IMG/VR virus record: IMGVR_UViG_3300031963_000196
Location: 1 to 54,397 of that record
DNA length: 54,397 nucleotides
Direction: 5' to 3' (one strand)
DNA from: a virus
Taxonomy: Duplodnaviria > Caudoviricetes
Shown: piece by piece, positions 48,223 to 54,397 of the stretch
How the letters are laid out: each line of letters opens with the position of its first letter
Position numbering within the stretch: position 1 is the stretch's first letter
Notes under the pieces: model-generated
Databases searched by the model: none
Seen by the model: the letters and a program-made list of their open reading frames with translations, nothing else
Told to the model about the DNA's origin: nothing
Made by a program: the position numbers and the translations under genes

Positions 48223-49248
48223 TTATTTCCAAATTGGGTTGTTGTCCGGACCACGGAAATCCTTCTTCCAGTTTTCCTGAACTAGTTTGATAACATCAGC
48301 TGGCATGTGAACGTATTCTAATTCAGTTGCCATTTGACTGCCGTTCTTGTAGCTCCAATCAAAGAACTTAAGAACTGCACGACCTGTTAGTGTGTCTGCT
48401 TGTTGCTTGTGCATGATAATAAAACTTGCACCTGTTGCTGGCCAAGCATCTTTACCAGTCTGCCATGTGAGTAACAAATACATACCTGGCGCATTGTTCC
48501 AGTCAGCATTTACTGCTGCTGCTTTGAATGTTGAATCATCTGGTAATACAAAATTGCCATCACGATTCTTCAATGCTGCAAATGCAATTTTGTTTCTTTT
48601 TGCAAAAGCATACTCAACATATCCAAACGCACCTTTGATACGCTGCACTTGTGCTGCAACACCTTCATTACCTTTGCCACCTACACCAACTGGCCACTTG
48701 ACTGCTGTGCCTTCGCCTACAGTGCTTTTAAAATCAGCATTGGCTTTGCCTAAGAAGTTTGTCCAAATAAATGTTGTGCCAGAACCATCTGCACGATGAA
48801 TGACTGTGATAGCCAATGCCGGAAGATTCACACCTGGGTTTAAATCAACAATAGCTTTATCATTCCATTTTGTAATTTTACCAAGATGAATGTTTGCAAT
48901 GATTTCTGGGGTCAACTTTAATTGACCTGGTGCAACACCATCAATATTGTAAACTGGAACTACACCACCAATGATTGCTGGGAATTGAACAAGACCTTCT
49001 TTGTCTAATTCTTCTTTCTTGAGAGGCATGTCACTTGCACCAAAGTCAACTGTCTTTGCTTTGATTTGTTTGATACCACCGCCTGAACCAATTGATTGGT
49101 AATTAAGTCCTATGCCAGTTGCTGCTTTGTAAGCTTCTGCCCATTTTGCATAGATCGGAAATGGAAAAGTCGCACCTGCTCCTGTTAAATCTGCTGCTGA
49201 TGCGACTCCTGCTACTAATAGAGTAAAAACTGCAAATAGTTTTTTCAT
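48223..49248 (-). CDS. pstS: Phosphate ABC transporter substrate-binding protein PstS
   Basis: GAGATFP, NYQSIGSGGG, VDFGASD, HRADGSGTT, GKGNEGV, GYVEY; AAGGAG RBS. Confidence 0.97.
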   Translation of the reverse strand: MKKLFAVFTLLVAGVASAADLTGAGATFPFPIYAKWAEAYKAATGIGLNYQSIGSGGGIKQIKAKTVDFGASDMPLKKEELDKEGLVQFPAIIGGVVPVYNIDGVAPGQLKLTPEIIANIHLGKITKWNDKAIVDLNPGVNLPALAITVIHRADGSGTTFIWTNFLGKANADFKSTVGEGTAVKWPVGVGGKGNEGVAAQVQRIKGAFGYVEYAFAKRNKIAFAALKNRDGNFVLPDDSTFKAAAVNADWNNAPGMYLLLTWQTGKDAWPATGASFIIMHKQQADTLTGRAVLKFFDWSYKNGSQMATELEYVHMPADVIKLVQENWKKDFRGPDNNPIWK

Positions 49249-49308
49249 AGTGTGTGTCTCCTTTTAAAGAAAATTTGTAATTTGCAATAAATATTTAATG
49301 GCCGCAGT

Positions 49309-49326
49309 ATGACAATTCTGTTACAA
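49309..49326 (-). promoter_or_regulatory. Pho box upstream of pstS
   Basis: Minus strand TTGTAAC-AGAA-TTGTCAT: two heptamers at 11-bp period, matching the PhoB consensus CTGTCAT-A(A/T)A(A/T)-CTGT(C/A)A(C/T). Confidence 0.75.
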
Positions 49327-49350
49327 AACTCTCTTTTTTGAAATTATTTT

Positions 49351-49605
49351 ATGGAAATTAAACTTGCACTGGACTGGCAGACCGTAAGTGCTAACCTACG
49401 TAAGCAATTAAGTACGATTAACTATAACCCAGATTTAAAACAAATGTTGGATAATATTGATAAAATGGTTAATGAACTTAGCAGGGCTGAAGTAGTGGCT
49501 AGGCAAACTAGACGCACTTATCACTTAGAAAGTCACAGAGAAAAAATTAATAAAGCAATCAGTCACTTAGAAAAATTAATACTTATTGCTAAGGTAATGG
49601 ATTAA
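49351..49605 (+). CDS. Hypothetical helical protein
   Basis: 84 aa coiled-coil-like ORF; 17-nt convergent overlap with the next gene. Confidence 0.6.
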   Translation: MEIKLALDWQTVSANLRKQLSTINYNPDLKQMLDNIDKMVNELSRAEVVARQTRRTYHLESHREKINKAISHLEKLILIAKVMD

Positions 49606-50095
49606 CAGGCCAAACTACATCGTCAAGCGTTGTATATTGGTTAGTAATATCTCTTAATTGTTGTCTATAAGTCAGAAGTTTAGTGAATTGACTTTCACTT
49701 AATGTAGTATTCATGCCTATTATTTTTTCTTCAGTATGTCTAGATACTAACCAATCTGTAGAATTTAATCTCATGTTACGTTCATCTGTTAATGTCCAAA
49801 CATTATAAACAGTGTTTGCTGCATCTTCATTGATAGCTTCTTTAATTTTATTCCATTTTGTTAGAAGCCATTGTATTTCTTCAGAATGTTCAGTATGAGT
49901 TTGTTTACCATCACTATAAATGACTGCGTAAATATTTCTACTTGGTTCTAAGCTTATTGCAGAAATTCCTGTTTTATATGGGAATTTTGTAAGTGTGAAA
50001 AAAACTTCCATACTAGAAAATGCATGTTCATCATCATCTATTCTAGCAGAAAAACTTTCATTTTCGTAATCTAATGATATAAAATCATGTGCCAT
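49589..50095 (-). CDS. Tail fibre assembly chaperone-like protein
   Basis: C-terminal ERN.RL..TDW...YRQQLRDIT...WP..P motif; downstream of fibre genes. Confidence 0.75.
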   Translation of the reverse strand: MAHDFISLDYENESFSARIDDDEHAFSSMEVFFTLTKFPYKTGISAISLEPSRNIYAVIYSDGKQTHTEHSEEIQWLLTKWNKIKEAINEDAANTVYNVWTLTDERNMRLNSTDWLVSRHTEEKIIGMNTTLSESQFTKLLTYRQQLRDITNQYTTLDDVVWPVNPLP

Positions 50096-50099
50096 ATTT

Positions 50100-51248
50100 T
50101 TATCCTTTGTATTGTATAAATGCTATTCTAATTGTACCTGGATCATAGTTTGCACCCACAACAGATGGGGTTACAGTATGACCATGTGTTACTGTATTTG
50201 TTCCATGTGGTACGCTGGCTAATGTAGCAGGAGTCGCCCCTATAATACCTGAACCTTGATGACTGTGACTCCACGTATTCGTAGTTGTAGAACCCGAAGC
50301 ACCAATATCATTATTTGCTCCTGTTGTTGTGTCCCATGCACCCTGACTTCCAAATCCAACAAAGAAATCTACCATATTTATTGTGCCATTTGTACCATCA
50401 CACACATACCATCCTGTAGGCAAACTAGTTAATGAACCTTTGTACATTAAAATTGAATTTAATCCTAAATAACTTTCAAAACTATTTCCCCAAGCACTTA
50501 ACAATTTTGTTAAAATTGAATTCGCCACAATGTTCAATGTCATATTATGATTATGTGTTAATGTTGTGACATATGGGAAATTAGTTGACACAACTGTTGC
50601 AGGGTTAAACGGAAAATTTGTATCAATATGACTGTGTGTTCCGCTGACTGCAGTAGTTCTTATGTTTGTAATAATTGTGCCTGTACCAGTAGTATTATTT
50701 GACACCCCTCCTCGTATTGGTTGATTTTCAGCACCTAATATAGAAAATAAACTACCCGGTGAGTTTTGTGAAAATACAATACTATTTGGAGGTAATCGTT
50801 TAGTTGCACTAATGCACTCAATGATTATGTATGTTGAATAACTAGCAGGTGTTGGCACTCCAATAGTAGATAAATTTAAACTTCCTATTGTATGAGAATG
50901 TGACCCTGCTGTGCCTAAATTAAACCAGCCACCTGGAAATGCGGTGCCAGAAGGATTGAATGCAGGTCCAAATGATATTTGACTAGGAAAGTGTGACCCT
51001 GCAGTACCTAAAGTAACATTGACATTGCCAGATAAACTAGGGCTAGATGTTGCTTCTATTTGCATTTGAGTAGCAGTGCCCCTTAGAAAATACCCATCTG
51101 CTATATCATATCTTTGCCAACCTGGTATACCTGTAAAAGATTGATTGTAGAAAACAAGTGCACCTACTGGTATATCCGGTGGAGGTACAGGAGGAGGCGG
51201 GACGAATGAAAATGTACTAAATGGTGAAGCTGCTGACATCCTTGGCAT
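50100..51248 (-). CDS. Tail collar / short fibre-tip protein
   Basis: Collar-like repeats (IPVGALVFY...PGW; ILMY.G....PTGWYVCDGTNGT) and several HxH motifs (HSH, HNH, HGH). Confidence 0.75.
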   Translation of the reverse strand: MPRMSAASPFSTFSFVPPPPVPPPDIPVGALVFYNQSFTGIPGWQRYDIADGYFLRGTATQMQIEATSSPSLSGNVNVTLGTAGSHFPSQISFGPAFNPSGTAFPGGWFNLGTAGSHSHTIGSLNLSTIGVPTPASYSTYIIIECISATKRLPPNSIVFSQNSPGSLFSILGAENQPIRGGVSNNTTGTGTIITNIRTTAVSGTHSHIDTNFPFNPATVVSTNFPYVTTLTHNHNMTLNIVANSILTKLLSAWGNSFESYLGLNSILMYKGSLTSLPTGWYVCDGTNGTINMVDFFVGFGSQGAWDTTTGANNDIGASGSTTTNTWSHSHQGSGIIGATPATLASVPHGTNTVTHGHTVTPSVVGANYDPGTIRIAFIQYKG

Positions 51249-51249
51249 T

Positions 51250-54129
51250 TTATCCGCCGTAACTAGTTAATTGTCCTAACACAGTCCAGTTAGATGTAGT
51301 TCTAATTAATGTGAAACCTACTACATCAACTGAGTTGGCTGTACCAACAGGGATTACATTTCCTAACCAATTAATAGTTTGAAATAACCCATCAATTTGA
51401 AATTGATTAGCTATGTAAGCACTAACGCCTTGTTCTATTATTATTGGTACAACAATGGTTCTATTTGCAGTTGTAGGAACATTAGTTAGATTTACTGTAA
51501 AATTGTTTGCTACACTTGAATGATAAAAGATCGCACCTGTTTGAAAATTATGTGTAACTGTACCTGTAGCATTTACTTTCTGATTTAAAATGTCAGTTGT
51601 TTGTTGGAACGTTGCTATGTTTGCAAAGTTAGTAACATTAAGATTTGCTGTGCCTGCTACTGAAAGTGCGCTTGTAGTAGTGACATTGCCAGTAGACACA
51701 TTTGCTGCAGTAATGTTACCACCAACACTTAGTGTTCCGGTTACATTACCACCTGTTGATGTTACTATAAACTGTGTAATACCATTCGCAGATATACGAA
51801 CGTTTGCGTTTGCTTGAACTATTACATTACTATTGCCATTTATGATTTGTGTGTTAGCCGGTACACTTACGTTACTGATGAATCCACCGTCACCACTAAA
51901 GAAATTTGCTACAGCTAGATTGCCTAAGTTAGCATTACCAACACGTAAATTACCGGTAACGTTGGCAGTTGATGTTACTGTTACATTAGTGAATATAGCA
52001 CTGTTAGGAACATTAGCACCAATATTTCCATTAAATGCACCAAAGAAATTTGCATAAACGTTTGGTGCATTTATATTTCCGTTAACAGTAAGTGAAAGTA
52101 AATTACCAACACTTGTTATATTTGGTTGGCTGGTTGTTGTAAGGGTGCCTGCAATAAATGTAGTGTTTATATTTGCTGCATTAGCAGTTCCATTCTTTGT
52201 AACACTAAACCTTGAGATACCACCTACACGCAAATCTATTAATAAACTATCTAAATTACTATTATTATCTGTAATATTTTGTCTGATACCTGTGAATAAT
52301 TGATTTACATTATTCCAAGTTTGATTAAATTGTACGGGGCTACTTGAATTAAGTGCTGATGTAGTTACAATTAAATTAGTTAAGGTACCTACACTTGTTA
52401 TGTTTGGTTGTGCATTTATAGTAACTCTAGCAGCAAAGTTTGCGATATTGGCAGTATTGGCTACAGAAACAGTACCAGCAAATGTAGCGTAATTTGCATT
52501 GGCTACTTGGCTTACATTAGCTCCATTGATATTTGATAATCTATTACCACTACCTTCAAAGAAGTTTGCAACAACTAGGTTTCCTAAACTTGCATTGCCA
52601 GCTGAGATATTGCCTGCAATAGTTACAGCATTACTTACTGGATTAAACGTGAAGCCATTTGTTGCACCTAATACTCCATTGTTATTAAACAATACATGAG
52701 TGTTACTTCCTGGTAAATTGATATTACCGGTTACGTTGCCTGCGATATTACCAACAAACCAATTAGCTGTTACGGTATTACCTAATGTAGCATTACCTGA
52801 ATTTATATTTCCAGTAACACTTAAACTTGTTAATGTACCAACACTTGTTATATTGGGTTGTGCGCTATCTACTACGGTGTTTGACGTTGCGGCATGTGTT
52901 GCTGCTGTGGCATTTTGCGCATTGCCTGCACTATCAGCATAAAATGCATTTGCTACTATTCCTGTAATATTTCCTGCTTGTATATTACTTAAATTATTAC
53001 CACTACCTATAAAGAAATTAGCTGTAGCAACATTGCCTAAATTAGCATTACCTGATGTTACATTACCTGATACTGATAAACTTGTAAGAGTGCCAACACT
53101 TGTTATATTTGGTTGTGCATTCGTAACAACTGTGCCTGCTGTAGTCGCATTACCTGTTAAATTACTAGTTATTGTATTAGCGGCAAAATTGTTGTTGCTG
53201 TCACGTAATACTATTGTATTCGCTGTATTAGCAGAACTAACTGAATGCCCTTGTAATAAATTAGCATTTAAATTTGCAACTAGTGTATTACTGCTAACAA
53301 CGAAAGGCGCATTACCTGTAACAAGATTAGATATGAATCTTCCCGTTGTAAAAATATTGCCATTACTAATTAGGTTACCAGCGTTAGAATAAAGTGCCAC
53401 ATCGTTAATCAATGCGCCATTAGCTGAAACGTACAAATAGTTATATCTTTGATTTGTTGCACCTAAGTTAAACGTATTGTTAGCATTGGGCAATAGATTA
53501 CCGTTAATATTACCAAGTATTGAAAGCCCTGTTAATATACCTAAACTAGTAATGTTTGGTTGTGCTGCAGTTGTTAGTGTTCCTGTAAAGAGATTCGCAC
53601 TGGCTACGTTACCTAAATTAGCGTTTCCTGAAGTCACATTACCAGACACGCTAATATTACCTGTATTGGTATTGCCCGATACAGTTACCCCATTGAGTGT
53701 TCCTACACTTGTTATGTAGGGTTGGCTCGCAGTAGTTATGACTGCGGCTACATTAGTTGTCTGAAGTGTGCTATTGCCAGTAAAAAATCTAAGATTTTGA
53801 TCCGCAGTAAAAACACCACCGGTGTTAAACTGTATTTCTGTGGCATTACCTGCCGCTGATTGTGCTGCTTGTGCTACCCATGTAAGATTACCCGCCCCGT
53901 CGGTCTGTATAATATAGTTAGCAGATCCGCCCGTAATTCTGACATTGCCTATATTACCTAAATCAGCAAGATTGGTTACAGTTAAGTTTGGGGTTTGTAA
54001 AAATGGAAGGGTAATCCCAGTAGGTACAAACCCTATGCGATTCCAGACTCCGTCGGTCGAATTATATTCATACAGAATACCATTGATTTCTACTTGCTGT
54101 CCATTAATAGGCGATACTGGCCAGGTCAT
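51250..54129 (-). CDS. Asn/Thr/Gly-rich tail fibre with QPNITSVGTL repeats
   Basis: WP.SP.NGQ...W N-terminus; six (A/S)QP(N/Y)ITS(V/L)GxL and five A(N/T/S)LGN.(A/V).ANxF-type repeats; GAGGA RBS; ACTAAATA at 54156-54149. Confidence 0.75.
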   Translation of the reverse strand: MTWPVSPINGQQVEINGILYEYNSTDGVWNRIGFVPTGITLPFLQTPNLTVTNLADLGNIGNVRITGGSANYIIQTDGAGNLTWVAQAAQSAAGNATEIQFNTGGVFTADQNLRFFTGNSTLQTTNVAAVITTASQPYITSVGTLNGVTVSGNTNTGNISVSGNVTSGNANLGNVASANLFTGTLTTAAQPNITSLGILTGLSILGNINGNLLPNANNTFNLGATNQRYNYLYVSANGALINDVALYSNAGNLISNGNIFTTGRFISNLVTGNAPFVVSSNTLVANLNANLLQGHSVSSANTANTIVLRDSNNNFAANTITSNLTGNATTAGTVVTNAQPNITSVGTLTSLSVSGNVTSGNANLGNVATANFFIGSGNNLSNIQAGNITGIVANAFYADSAGNAQNATAATHAATSNTVVDSAQPNITSVGTLTSLSVTGNINSGNATLGNTVTANWFVGNIAGNVTGNINLPGSNTHVLFNNNGVLGATNGFTFNPVSNAVTIAGNISAGNASLGNLVVANFFEGSGNRLSNINGANVSQVANANYATFAGTVSVANTANIANFAARVTINAQPNITSVGTLTNLIVTTSALNSSSPVQFNQTWNNVNQLFTGIRQNITDNNSNLDSLLIDLRVGGISRFSVTKNGTANAANINTTFIAGTLTTTSQPNITSVGNLLSLTVNGNINAPNVYANFFGAFNGNIGANVPNSAIFTNVTVTSTANVTGNLRVGNANLGNLAVANFFSGDGGFISNVSVPANTQIINGNSNVIVQANANVRISANGITQFIVTSTGGNVTGTLSVGGNITAANVSTGNVTTTSALSVAGTANLNVTNFANIATFQQTTDILNQKVNATGTVTHNFQTGAIFYHSSVANNFTVNLTNVPTTANRTIVVPIIIEQGVSAYIANQFQIDGLFQTINWLGNVIPVGTANSVDVVGFTLIRTTSNWTVLGQLTSYGG

Positions 54130-54177
54130 TTATAATTCCTCATCTATCTATTTAGTGCTAGACTTTCTGGGCAGCGG

Positions 54178-54206
54178 TTGACAATAAATCCATTTGGGCA
54201 TATAAT
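54178..54206 (+). promoter_or_regulatory. Consensus sigma70 (early) promoter
   Basis: TTGACA-N17-TATAAT, followed by AAGGAG RBS. Confidence 0.9.
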
Positions 54207-54237
54207 ATCTGTATTGTGATTGATAAGGAGTTATTAA

Positions 54238-54397
54238 ATGTTTAACTTTTTTATTGAGTTTGACGATGGTAATGCTATTATTAAGCATAATTTAACACAA
54301 GCGCAAGCCAAAAAGCATTACAAAAATTACAACAAAAATCCAGCAAATAACGCTAAATCTTGGGGCTGGGAAGAAAGCAATCCGTACAAACTCAGCC
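54238..54397 (+). CDS. Hypothetical early protein (partial; runs off right edge)
   Basis: MFNFFIEFDDGNAIIKHNLTQAQAKKHYKNYNKNPANNAKSWGWEE... behind a perfect promoter and RBS. Confidence 0.7.
   Translation, partial: MFNFFIEFDDGNAIIKHNLTQAQAKKHYKNYNKNPANNAKSWGWEESNPYKLS

Noticed and set aside
46907-48799. Short ORFs overlapping the porin and pstS
   Set aside because: Antisense or alternate-frame shadows of well-supported genes
46094-49248. Host chromosomal contamination or prophage boundary
   Set aside because: Flanked on both sides by phage genes; pstCAB/phoU absent; shares the UUCG terminator style; no integrase or att site seen
51590-54181. Several plus-strand ORFs (LP..TL..LA repeats) and similar ones at 32243-33977
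   Set aside because: Antisense shadows of Asn/Gly/Thr-rich fibre codons
1-54397. Stop-codon reassignment as in some large phages
   Set aside because: Genes are full length and densely packed in code 11, with TAA, TGA and TAG all used as real stops

Overview
AT-rich segment of a large T4-like (myovirus, probably jumbo-type) phage genome in standard genetic code, with no tRNAs, CRISPR arrays or IS elements seen. Left to right: (1) a minus-strand recombination/late-transcription block (Hjc-type resolvase, HAD nucleotidase, gp46/gp47 nuclease, gp55-like late sigma); (2) a ~30 kb plus-strand baseplate/tail module (tube-initiator-like, gp53-, hub-, gp5-, gp25-, gp6-like proteins, a 5281-aa giant virion protein, fibre proteins); (3) a glycosyltransferase-like cluster interrupted by an inverted trio of radical SAM genes (one cobalamin-binding, two with N-terminal twitch domains); (4) a circularly permuted, two-piece tmRNA gene with Alphaproteobacteria-type signatures; (5) small exported proteins, a stand-alone BPL_N/class I amidotransferase-like gene, an outer-membrane beta-barrel and a pstS-phosphate porin operon behind a Pho box; (6) a minus-strand tail fibre/collar/chaperone set and a perfect sigma70 promoter at the right edge. 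The most notable items are the permuted tmRNA with a structured intervening segment, the GT plus radical SAM locus (a candidate sugar-tailoring/virion-glycosylation system), the host-PhoB-wired phosphate uptake module, and late-promoter motifs placed 5-8 nt before start codons (possible leaderless mRNAs). All family calls come from motif recognition by eye; no searches were run.
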